A stretch of DNA of 24,000 nt from Serratia fonticola. Its GTDB lineage: Bacteria; Pseudomonadota; Gammaproteobacteria; Enterobacterales; Enterobacteriaceae. Position numbers and translations under genes: made by a program. The stretch is taken from NCBI RefSeq assembly GCF_030971605.1, contig NZ_JAVGCU010000002.1; one strand, 5' to 3'. Below, one piece after another: positions 1-7,914 of this stretch. Position 1 is the first letter of the stretch, and every line of letters starts with the position of its first letter. Below the pieces are notes generated by a model that did not search any database, was not told the DNA's origin, and saw nothing but the letters and a program-made list of their open reading frames with translations.

Positions 1-35
1 ACAGATGAAGCGCCCTAGTGTCATTTGATGGGGTG

Positions 36-61
36 AGAAAACCCTCCCCGCATGGAGAGGG
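36..61 (-). terminator. Rho-independent terminator candidate after the DUF2076-like gene
   Basis: The minus strand reads CCCTCTCC-ATGC-GGGGAGGG followed by TTTTCT. This is an 8-bp stem with one mismatch, beginning 12 nt after the stop codon at 73-75. Confidence 0.6.
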
Positions 62-72
62 CTGGTCAGTCG

Positions 73-801
73 TCAGATAAACGAGTCGTCGTCGCTGTAG
101 TCATCAGAGGAGAAGTCATCGTTCTGATAATCCGCCTGCTGTAACCCATTATCCTGGTTGATAAAACGATCGTCGCCGTTATTGAAGGTGTCAAGATTGT
201 TTGACGCGGAAAAACTCCCCATAGTGCCGTCATCAACGGGGGGGTTATTGATGATGTTGACGATCTCTTCCGGTTGCGAATGCCGGAACATCCCGGTCAA
301 CATATCGGCTAGCACGACCCCTCCGGCAACCCCTGCCGCCGTTTGCAAGGCTCCACCAAGAAAACCACCGGCTCGGGAAGGGGTAGCCTGCTGAGGTTGC
401 GCATAGTTTGGCTGTTGCGGCGTATATCCTGCTTGCGGTTGACCGTTCCAAGCGGCGTTATTCTGCTGCTGTGCCTGATATTGTTCCTGTGGGCTTGGCG
501 CATTGCGGTTGCCAGCGCCAAACAGCCCGGCAAGAAATCCCCCGCTGCTCTGCTGGCTATTGGCCGTTTTCTGTAGCTGTGCAACCTGGTTTTCCAGCTG
601 TTTTACCTGCTGGTCAAGCCGTTTCAGCGCGGCTTCCTGAATGATCATGGCCTGCGCCATATAGTAAGGTGCCGAGGGTTGCTCGCGGATATGCTGGTTG
701 ATCTGCTGTTCTGCCTGAATATCCCTTTGGCCGGTTTGGGTCTGGGCCTCTTTCAGGCGGCTGAACAGACCATCGATAAGTTGTTGTTCTTCGGATCGCA
801 T
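73..801 (-). CDS. DUF2076-like protein with an N-terminal coiled-coil-like region, a Q/N/P-rich linker, a Gly-rich hydrophobic segment and an acidic tail
   Basis: 242-aa ORF. The N-terminus (MRSEEQQLIDGLFSRLKEA...YYMAQAMIIQEAALKRL) matches my recollection of DUF2076/COG3416 proteins. A terminator hairpin lies downstream. Confidence 0.65.
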   Translation of the reverse strand: MRSEEQQLIDGLFSRLKEAQTQTGQRDIQAEQQINQHIREQPSAPYYMAQAMIIQEAALKRLDQQVKQLENQVAQLQKTANSQQSSGGFLAGLFGAGNRNAPSPQEQYQAQQQNNAAWNGQPQAGYTPQQPNYAQPQQATPSRAGGFLGGALQTAAGVAGGVVLADMLTGMFRHSQPEEIVNIINNPPVDDGTMGSFSASNNLDTFNNGDDRFINQDNGLQQADYQNDDFSSDDYSDDDSFI

Positions 802-985
802 AGGATGACCTCAATAGCAGTACAGGATGCTAGTGATTACCCTAGCGCGTTTACCCGGCGCGATAAATAAATGGCAGGTAAACCTATCTGCGATTGATGG
901 CAAAGTTGAATGGCTAGACGGGCACCGCATGCAGCACTCTCTTCGTAGCGATCCGGTTGATGTTTTGTCAGCAACTGCAATACCG

Positions 986-1771
986 CTAGCGCAACGGCAT
1001 TAGCATGACCAATTTCAACCCGCTGTGCTCCGCCGGGTAGAACGTTACTTGCTGAAAATTCAGCTCCCCCTGCTGTGGGTGGCTGAAGGTACGTTCGCCG
1101 CCTTCACGAGCCATTACGTCCTGCTGTTTCCACCAATGATGAAAAGCGTCGCTGTTGTGGGTCATATTGCGCACAAAGGCACGTATCTCTTCCGTTCCCT
1201 GATGATGGCTGGTTTCTGCACGAAACTCGGCCACCACTCGTCGAGCCCGATTTTCCCAGTCACTGACCAGCACTTTCGCCTGAGGGTGAAAAAACATGAA
1301 GTGTAGCAGGTTGGGGGTTTTTGCCTGCTTAAGCCAATCGCAGAACAGCTCCTCCGCCTGTGGGTTCCAGGCCACCATATTCCAGGTGAGATCGAGCATA
1401 TAACAGGGCACGGTCATTTGATGCACGCTTTGCAGTACGGCGGCATTAATCGTTTCCTGCGGCTGTTCTTTTTCAGGATCGGCGATATGCGCCAGGGTGA
1501 ACAGGTAATGACGTTCGGCATGGCCCAACCGTAACGCCGTGGCGATGCGTGCCAGCGTATAGGGGGAAATCGACACCTCGCGTCCCTGTTCTATCCAGGT
1601 ATACCAGGTGGCGCTGATGCCACTGATTTGTGCCAGCTCTTCACGGCGTAAACCACTGGTGCGGCGACGTGTGGCGGTGGGCAGGCCCAGCATTTCTGGA
1701 GTGACCCGCTCGCGGTGCGCACGTAAAAAGGCACCAAGGGCTTTCTGGCTGGAAATTGCGTCTGATTCCAT
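986..1771 (-). CDS. MmyB-like (XRE-type HTH) transcriptional regulator
   Basis: 261-aa ORF. The N-terminal HTH (LRREELAQISGISATWYTWIEQGR) followed by a roughly 170-aa C-terminal domain is typical of the MmyB-like regulator family. It is divergent from the methyltransferase gene. Confidence 0.75.
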   Translation of the reverse strand: MESDAISSQKALGAFLRAHRERVTPEMLGLPTATRRRTSGLRREELAQISGISATWYTWIEQGREVSISPYTLARIATALRLGHAERHYLFTLAHIADPEKEQPQETINAAVLQSVHQMTVPCYMLDLTWNMVAWNPQAEELFCDWLKQAKTPNLLHFMFFHPQAKVLVSDWENRARRVVAEFRAETSHHQGTEEIRAFVRNMTHNSDAFHHWWKQQDVMAREGGERTFSHPQQGELNFQQVTFYPAEHSGLKLVMLMPLR

Positions 1772-1890
1772 TAGGGTGGTACCTGTTTATACTAGGATAA
1801 CGGCTCATATTGTACCCGTATAGCTGCTTGATTATAGTCATTACCAGCCATCTCGGCACCGGCGTAAGCCAGATAATAATGGGAGCAGCT

Positions 1891-2661
1891 ATGAGCATCA
1901 GCAACAGCCATAAAAATGCGGTCGACCGCCAGTTTGGCGAACAGGCCAATGCCTACCTGACCAGTGCGGTACATGCGCAAGGGAAAGACCTGCAACGCCT
2001 GGCCAAGCTGTTGGCAGGGAGTACCGATGCCCGCTTGCTCGATCTGGGGTGTGGGGCAGGGCATGCCAGCTTTACCGCTGCGGCCCATGTGGCGCAGGTG
2101 GTGGCGTACGATCTGTCGGCGCAGATGCTGACGGTGGTCGGCAACGCGGCACAGGAAAAGGGATTGGCGAATATTCAGGTGCAGCAGGGCGTGGCGGAGT
2201 ACTTACCCTTTGATGACGCCAGCTTTGACGTGGTGATCAGCCGCTACTCGGCACACCATTGGCACGATGTGGGTCGGGCATTGCGTGAAGTTAAACGGGT
2301 ATTGAAACCCGGCGGGCGAGCCATCTTTATGGATGTGGTTTCCCCAGGGCATCCGTTATTGGATATCTATCTGCAAACGGTCGAAGTGCTACGGGATACT
2401 TCGCACGTGCGCAACTATGCACCGGGTGAGTGGCTGAGCATGTTTACTGAATCTGGGTTGCTGGTGCGGGAAGTCACGGCCGATCGTCTTGATTTGGAGT
2501 TCAGCAGTTGGGTGGCTCGGATGCGTACGCCTGAGCATTTTGTCACGGCGATCCGTGCGTTACAGCAGGGGGTAGCAGAAGATGTTCGCCAACACTTTGC
2601 CATTCAGGCCGATGGCTCATTTACCAGTGACATCATGATGTTTGAAGCGGTGAAAGGTTAA
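1891..2661 (+). CDS. Class I SAM-dependent methyltransferase (type 11 domain)
   Basis: Motif I LLDLGCGAGH plus downstream motifs (VISRYSAHHW, LKPGGRAIFMD). I chose the ATG at 1891 because GGGAG lies 5 nt upstream; the ATG at 1879 is an alternative. The 5' part of the track ORF (1810-1878) is probably not coding. Confidence 0.8.
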   Translation: MSISNSHKNAVDRQFGEQANAYLTSAVHAQGKDLQRLAKLLAGSTDARLLDLGCGAGHASFTAAAHVAQVVAYDLSAQMLTVVGNAAQEKGLANIQVQQGVAEYLPFDDASFDVVISRYSAHHWHDVGRALREVKRVLKPGGRAIFMDVVSPGHPLLDIYLQTVEVLRDTSHVRNYAPGEWLSMFTESGLLVREVTADRLDLEFSSWVARMRTPEHFVTAIRALQQGVAEDVRQHFAIQADGSFTSDIMMFEAVKG

Positions 2662-2663
2662 TA

Positions 2664-2695
2664 TTTCAGGGCAGCCGTTGCGGGCTGCCCTGAAA
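2664..2695. terminator. GC-rich hairpin between convergent methyltransferase and aqpZ
   Basis: TTTCAGGGCAGCC-GTTGCG-GGCTGCCCTGAAA forms a perfect 13-bp stem. There is no T-tract after the stem on either strand, so its terminator function is uncertain. Confidence 0.5.
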
Positions 2696-2703
2696 ATCCA
2701 TAC

Positions 2704-3399
2704 TTACTTCTTGTCTTCCAACAGGCAACGGTAGATCAAGCCACCGATAACACCGCCGATCAGCGGTACCAGCCAGAATACCCACAGCTGTTGCAACGCC
2801 CAGGTACCCTGGAAGATTGCCACGGCGGTACTACGTGCCGGGTTAACTGAGGTATTGGTAACGGGAATACTGATCAGGTGGATCAGCGTCAACGCCAGGC
2901 CGATGGCCAAAGGCGCGAAGCCTGCCGGTGCGCGTTTATCGGTCACACCATGGATAACGATCAGGAAGAACGCAGTCAGTACTAATTCAATAACGATGGC
3001 GGCCTGCAAAGAATAGCCACCCGGTGAATGCTCACCGTAGCCGTTAGAAGCAAAACCGCTGGTAGTTGCATCAAAGCCGGTTTTACCGCTGGCAACTAAA
3101 TAAAGTACCGCGGCGGCGGCAATACCACCAATCACCTGGGCAACCACATAGGGAATAACATCTTTGGCAGGGAAACGGCCGCCTGCAAATAATCCCATTG
3201 TGACCGCTGGGTTAAAGTGCCCACCAGAAATATGGCCGACAGCGTAGGCCATGGTGACCACGGTAAGGCCGAATGCTAAAGCAACACCAGCAAAACCAAT
3301 ACCTAATTGAGGAAAGGCTGCGGCCAGCACTGCGCTACCACAACCACCGAACACCAACCAAAAAGTACCGAAAAATTCGGCAAAAAGTCGCTTTGACAT
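2704..3399 (-). CDS. aqpZ: Aquaporin Z
   Basis: Close full-length resemblance to E. coli AqpZ, with both NPA motifs ([14 protein letters not shown]). Starting at the ATG at 3399 ([24 protein letters not shown]) gives 231 aa, the length I recall for E. coli AqpZ. The track ORF starts 3 codons earlier. Confidence 0.95.
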   Translation of the reverse strand: MSKRLFAEFFGTFWLVFGGCGSAVLAAAFPQLGIGFAGVALAFGLTVVTMAYAVGHISGGHFNPAVTMGLFAGGRFPAKDVIPYVVAQVIGGIAAAAVLYLVASGKTGFDATTSGFASNGYGEHSPGGYSLQAAIVIELVLTAFFLIVIHGVTDKRAPAGFAPLAIGLALTLIHLISIPVTNTSVNPARSTAVAIFQGTWALQQLWVFWLVPLIGGVIGGLIYRCLLEDKK

Positions 3400-3753
3400 A
3401 GACTCCATCCTGCTGGGGGAACAAACTAACGGGCGTTAGCACTAAAACTATAGAGCACCTTTTTAATATTGTAGTGGTCTAAAACATAAATTTTCGTGCA
3501 CACCTTCGATTACGGCCGGTATTAAAGCCCTATCTTTTTATTTTGTCTATGTGAAAGCGAATATTTTAAGAAATTATCTTGTTTTTTGCTGTTTTTTTAT
3601 CTTGTGGATGGGTAATTTTCCTATTTTATATAGGATTAATTCTGTGTTTTATTTTTATCGTGGGTAAATTCTTATTTTTCAATTGGTTTTTATCACTCAA
3701 TAATGAAGGGCTGATTGTTTATTTCTATTTGTTATCGGTTGTTTTAGACTTGA

Positions 3754-3787
3754 TCGTCATAAAAGTGTCATTGTTGGTGGTTAGGCT
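3754..3787 (+). promoter_or_regulatory. Candidate Pho box plus -10 element upstream of the phytase-like gene
   Basis: TCGTCAT-AAAA-GTGTCAT, then 10 nt, then TAGGCT. Against the consensus CTGTCAT-A(A/T)A(A/T)-CTGTCA(C/T) the two repeats match 5/7 and 6/7. The 14-nt string TCATAAAAGTGTCA (3757-3770) is identical to 22288-22301 in the phoB Pho box, and the 10-nt gap to the -10 is the same. Confidence 0.45.
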
Positions 3788-3824
3788 CTCAGGCTGTTAC
3801 TTTCCCTTACAAAGAGTTAATGCT

Positions 3825-5186
3825 ATGAGAATCAAACCGCTTGGCGTGTTGTTGGCCTCTGTCTTACCGCTGTTGTCCTATGCTGCCGATATTGGCGTTG
3901 CTCGTTACAACGTCAGCTTTCCTGACGGCGATCGGGTGGGTTATTCCGGCGCTTTTGCCAGCCAGTTTCCCAATGGGCTACCGGTAGGGATTGGTTCCGG
4001 GCTGGTATTTAATGGCCGGGAAGGGGGGGATCTACTGCTGACTACCGTGACCGATCGTGGCCCGAACGCTGATGCGCCAGCAGTCGGCAAACAGGAGGCC
4101 AAGATTTTTGCCAACCCGGCTTTTGTACCCTTATTGATGGAAATCCGTATTGGTGGCGGTAAGGCCATTGCCACCCAAGCCCGTCCTTTGCACGATGATA
4201 ACGGCCCTATTAGCGGCTTGCCGTTGCCTGGCAACCTGATTGGCTCAACCAATGAAGTGGCATTGACGGATACGCTCAAGCCGCTGGCGAGTGACAAACG
4301 CGGGTTGGATACCGAGGGGATCACGCCAGATGGTAAAGGAGGCTATTGGCTATGTGACGAATATGGCCCCTTCCTGATCCATATCGATGGCCAGGGTAAA
4401 ATTCTGGCGAAATATGGCCCAACACCATTAGCGGGGGAGCAGGCGGTTGCCAGCGGCTTGCCGAACATCATTAAATGGCGTCAACCGAACCGGGGTTTTG
4501 AAGGCGTAACCCGGTTACCGGATGGGCGGATCCTGGCCGCGGTGCAGAGCACGCTGGATATCGATGGCAAGAGCAAAAACCAGGCGCAGTTTACCCGTTT
4601 GGTCAGCTTTGATCCTGCCAGTGGCAAAACGGCCATGTACGGTTATCCGATCGATATCGCCCGTTACCAGAAAGCTAAAGATGCCAAGATTGGCGATATC
4701 GTGGCGGTCGATAATCAACACATTTTGCTGATCGAACAGGGCAGTGACAAAGACAAGCAGATGATGAACAAGATCTATCTGGTTGATCTCAGCCAGGCCA
4801 GCGATCTGACGTCGTTCGATGGCCAGGGCAAGGCGTTGGAATTTGCTGATACCAGCGAACTGGCCAAGCGTGGGGTGAAGCTGGCCCAGAAACGTGAAGT
4901 GGTCGATCTGCGTAAACTGGGTTGGCAGCAGGAGAAGGTGGAGGGATTGGCGTTGATCGACAACCGCACACTGGCGGTGATTAACGACAACGATTTTGGT
5001 TTGCAGGCCAAGCTGGTTAACGCCGAGCCTGAAGGGAAAAAGATTGGCGACTATCAGCGGGATCAGCAAGGCAAGCTGAGTTTGGCAGGTAAACCGGTAA
5101 ACACGACGGTTGAATTGCGGCCATTGGCACAGCCAGAGTCCTTGAGCGAACTGTGGGTGTTAACCCTGCCAGAGCCATTGCGCTGA
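3825..5186 (+). CDS. Secreted esterase-like-activity-of-phytase family protein (PF13449-like)
   Basis: Signal peptide MRIKPLGVLLASVLPLLSYA|AD. Repeated family-like motifs are present: RGLDTEGITPDG, NRGFEGVTRLPDG and KVEGLALIDNRTLAVINDNDFG. AAAGAG lies 8 nt before the ATG at 3825. The track ORF is extended 82 codons upstream from a TTG within T-rich DNA. Confidence 0.7.
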   Translation: MRIKPLGVLLASVLPLLSYAADIGVARYNVSFPDGDRVGYSGAFASQFPNGLPVGIGSGLVFNGREGGDLLLTTVTDRGPNADAPAVGKQEAKIFANPAFVPLLMEIRIGGGKAIATQARPLHDDNGPISGLPLPGNLIGSTNEVALTDTLKPLASDKRGLDTEGITPDGKGGYWLCDEYGPFLIHIDGQGKILAKYGPTPLAGEQAVASGLPNIIKWRQPNRGFEGVTRLPDGRILAAVQSTLDIDGKSKNQAQFTRLVSFDPASGKTAMYGYPIDIARYQKAKDAKIGDIVAVDNQHILLIEQGSDKDKQMMNKIYLVDLSQASDLTSFDGQGKALEFADTSELAKRGVKLAQKREVVDLRKLGWQQEKVEGLALIDNRTLAVINDNDFGLQAKLVNAEPEGKKIGDYQRDQQGKLSLAGKPVNTTVELRPLAQPESLSELWVLTLPEPLR

Positions 5187-5219
5187 ACGGACGCAGTAAG
5201 TTGATAGAGGAATGTCTGC

Positions 5220-5253
5220 CGGATAATTGGGCCAGGTTTGGCCCAATTATCCG
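5220..5253 (+). terminator. Long perfect hairpin after the phytase-like gene
   Basis: CGGATAATTGGGCCA-GGTT-TGGCCCAATTATCCG forms a 15-bp perfect stem 34 nt after the stop codon. Only a weak T-tract (TTGAG) follows. Confidence 0.5.
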
Positions 5254-5521
5254 TTGAGCGGGGGCTGGGCGAAGGAAAATTTCTTTAAAATAAACCGGGT
5301 TATCTCAGTTGACTAAATATAATTATTAATTTTTTCAAATAGAGCGTAAAATTTGCGCTATAAATAAAGTTATGCGCTACCAGGAAATACCCATTCTTAC
5401 TTTCTCCTTATTTTGCTCACAATGATTGAGCTTCTTTACATTGGATGACGTCTGTTTTCAATGGTTAACTCATAATTAACCTCACTGAGAACGAGTTCAA
5501 ATGAAAATAACGGAGTCAATC

Positions 5522-5803
5522 ATGAAACTATTACCATGCATCGCAGCAGCACTGATCGCCACCGCCTCATTCTCCACCATGGCCGCAACCATGGGCGCCA
5601 AACAGGTTGATAGCGCTCAAGCCAGCAGCATGCAGAGCATCGGCACGGTGTCGGTTTCCGGTATCAGCGGCTCACCGGATGACGCTATCCATGCGCTGAA
5701 ACAAAAAGCGACTGCAGACGGCGGATCGCACTATCGAATCATTGGCCTGGATAATCCAGGGGATTCCAGCGACTGGCGCGGTACCGCGGAAGTTTATCGC
5801 TAA
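5522..5803 (+). CDS. DUF1471 (YdgH/BhsA/McbA-family) small secreted protein
   Basis: Signal peptide MKLLPCIAAALIATASFSTMA. The C-terminal domain (IGTVSVSG...SPDDAIHALKQKATADGGSHYRIIG...GTAEVYR) is typical of the family. GGAG lies 6 nt before the ATG at 5522. Confidence 0.75.
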   Translation: MKLLPCIAAALIATASFSTMAATMGAKQVDSAQASSMQSIGTVSVSGISGSPDDAIHALKQKATADGGSHYRIIGLDNPGDSSDWRGTAEVYR

Positions 5804-5856
5804 TTAATCAACGATAAATAGCTGAGTGGCCAATGAGGTTGGCCAATATAATAGAC

Positions 5857-5914
5857 GGCTGCGGATAATAATCTGTCCAATATTTTGTTGGTTGATTATT
5901 ATCGCAGCCTTTTT
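5857..5914 (+). terminator. Rho-independent terminator after the DUF1471 gene
   Basis: GGCTGCGGATAATAATC ... GATTATTATCGCAGCC forms a 16-bp stem with one bulged G and a large loop, followed by TTTTT. A smaller hairpin, TGGCCAA-TGAGG-TTGGCCA, lies at 5827-5845. Confidence 0.65.
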
Positions 5915-6037
5915 GGCTTTTATTTTATGATGCCTGGTTGCATTTGATTACAACTATCAGGACCGTTTTCGGAATGGGGTTAATGAAACCTTAAGAAATT
6001 CAGTCCACATTGGGGAACTCATACGATGGAGGCCTGA

Positions 6038-6595
6038 ATGTTAAATGCGACGCGGCTGCAACTAAAGCATCACTTTTCCTACCTTCACCAGTTTATGGCC
6101 TCCCCCCGAACCGTGGGCACATTGGCACCTTCCTCTCAATGGCTCTGCCAGGCGATGCTGCAACAAATCGAGTGGACGCAAGCCTTGACGGTGGCCGAGC
6201 TAGGGGCGGCGGACGGTGTGCTGACCAAACGGATCCTGGGCCGCCTGCGGGCCGATGCTCAACTGGATGCCTATGAAATTCAAACCAGCTTCGTCCATAA
6301 GCTGCAACAGATTGATGATAGCCGCCTGCGGGTGATGGCCTATTCGGCGGAAAGGCTGGAGCGCGATTACGACGTTATTTTTTCCTGCCTGCCGCTGCTG
6401 TCGATCCCGCTCAGGATAAGAGTGCGTATCTTGCAGCAGGCGCAGCAGCGTTTACGAGCCAATAACGGCACGTTAGTGCTGTTCCAATACAGTCATCTCT
6501 CGGAAAAGCTGCTCTCGCGCTATTTTCACTGGCAGCGGCGGTTAGTTGTGCGTAACTTCCCCCCTGCACTGGTGTATGTGTGTACCCCGCGCTGA
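6038..6595 (+). CDS. Methyltransferase-like protein (COG3963 / rRNA-adenine-dimethylase-like fold) with an atypical motif I
   Basis: The N-terminal SPRTVGTLAPSS box and VAELGAADGVLTKRIL at the position of the SAM-binding motif resemble the phospholipid N-methyltransferase-like family. GGAGG lies 5 nt before the ATG. Confidence 0.55.
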   Translation: MLNATRLQLKHHFSYLHQFMASPRTVGTLAPSSQWLCQAMLQQIEWTQALTVAELGAADGVLTKRILGRLRADAQLDAYEIQTSFVHKLQQIDDSRLRVMAYSAERLERDYDVIFSCLPLLSIPLRIRVRILQQAQQRLRANNGTLVLFQYSHLSEKLLSRYFHWQRRLVVRNFPPALVYVCTPR

Positions 6596-7057
6596 TCACA
6601 GCCGCTTTTCCATCACCACCACTTCGTCGTCATATTGCTGGCGGCGTTCAATAGTTTGCCAGCCCCAACCGGCGTACAACGCCTCGCTGTGATCGGTGAT
6701 CAGATGCAGAACGGGATGGCTGCGTTGTTGTGCCGCGCTGACGATCGCCTGCTCTAGGCGCTGGGCAATACCCTGCCGACGATGATCCGGGTGTACAAAG
6801 ACGCCGGCCAGCCAGGGGGAGAGATCCCTACGATGATGATCGTCACTCGGCCACAGGCTGGCCATCCCCAGCGGGCGCTCGCCATCAATCATCAGCAGCG
6901 TCAGGAAATCCTCGCTGGGTTTGCTGCACAAAGCAAAGCGTTGGCGGGTTCGTTCCAGCGTACCGCCGCGTTGTGAACCCCATTGGCCGAATGCCCAAGC
7001 GGCGCAGACATCGGCAAAGTGTGGGTAGTCTGTCAGCGTAACGATCTGTTGAGCCAT
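6596..7057 (-). CDS. GNAT family N-acetyltransferase
   Basis: Acetyl-CoA motif A-like VHPDHRRQGIAQRL. The ATG at 7057 is preceded by GGGGGA; the track ORF begins 13 codons earlier. Confidence 0.75.
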   Translation of the reverse strand: MAQQIVTLTDYPHFADVCAAWAFGQWGSQRGGTLERTRQRFALCSKPSEDFLTLLMIDGERPLGMASLWPSDDHHRRDLSPWLAGVFVHPDHRRQGIAQRLEQAIVSAAQQRSHPVLHLITDHSEALYAGWGWQTIERRQQYDDEVVVMEKRL

Positions 7058-7276
7058 TTTTATCCCCCGGTGTTGTGATACCAATTTAGCCTGCAAGGCC
7101 GCAGCGTGGCGACTGCTTTTGGTTTTTTATCTGCTGAGGTTGTTCAGGGCGTATCTTCGGTGTTGATTGAATATTTAAATGAGAGTAATTATCATATAGC
7201 ACTTTGTGGCGCTATTGGTGATTTCTGCCTGCGGCAAAATCTGTTTAAATAGCCGGCCGCTAACCAGGAGCCAGAC

Positions 7277-7795
7277 ATGAGCCTGAAGCTACGCTTGGCA
7301 CAACCGCAGGATATCCCGCAGTTGGTCGCGGTTGAACGTTCCGCCGCCCAGCTGTTTCGCCAGCAGCCAGAGTTACAGTTTATTGCCGAAGGTGAGGTGA
7401 TGAGCCCGCGGCAACACGTCGATTTTATCGAGCAGCAGCAGGAGTGGGTGATGGCTAGCCCAACTGAGCAGATCGCCGGTTTTATCGCGGTGCAGCCCTT
7501 TGCGCACAGCTGGCATATCGCCGAGCTTTCGGTTGCGGCCGATTGGCAGCGGCAAGGCGTGGGCAAGCGCCTGATCGAAGAGATTGCCCGGCTGGCCTTG
7601 CGCCAAGGTATCCAACGGTTAACGCTAACGACGTTCGTGCAAGTGGCATGGAATGCACCTTATTACCAGCGCCTTGGCTTTCGTACCATTCCTGTCGCAC
7701 GGTTGGATGCGTATTTACAGCATCTTCTGGCGCAGGAGGTAGAACATGGGTTTGCTGCCAATAGCCGCTGTGCTATGGAATTTACACTATCGTAA
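7277..7795 (+). CDS. GNAT family N-acetyltransferase
   Basis: VAADWQRQGVGKRLIEE motif A, then a C-terminal YYQRLGF segment. AGGAG lies 6 nt before the ATG. Confidence 0.75.
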   Translation: MSLKLRLAQPQDIPQLVAVERSAAQLFRQQPELQFIAEGEVMSPRQHVDFIEQQQEWVMASPTEQIAGFIAVQPFAHSWHIAELSVAADWQRQGVGKRLIEEIARLALRQGIQRLTLTTFVQVAWNAPYYQRLGFRTIPVARLDAYLQHLLAQEVEHGFAANSRCAMEFTLS

Positions 7796-7914
7796 AGATT
7801 GAAATACAGATTCAGGGCGGTATGATGCAGTTACAACGCCAACGCTCGATCGACCTGCGGGCAGGTTCGCAGGCAATCTAATGCATTCAGTCACCGCAAA
7901 AGGGACAACCCGTA

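Noticed and set aside
3579-3824. 82-codon N-terminal extension of the phytase-like ORF (the track ORF starts at a TTG at 3579), translating to a very hydrophobic F/L/I/V-rich peptide
   Set aside because: The frame stays open only because the spacer is T-rich and so has few stop codons. A clean signal peptide begins at the ATG at 3825 with an SD-like AAAGAG upstream. The candidate promoter and Pho box lie inside the supposed extension.
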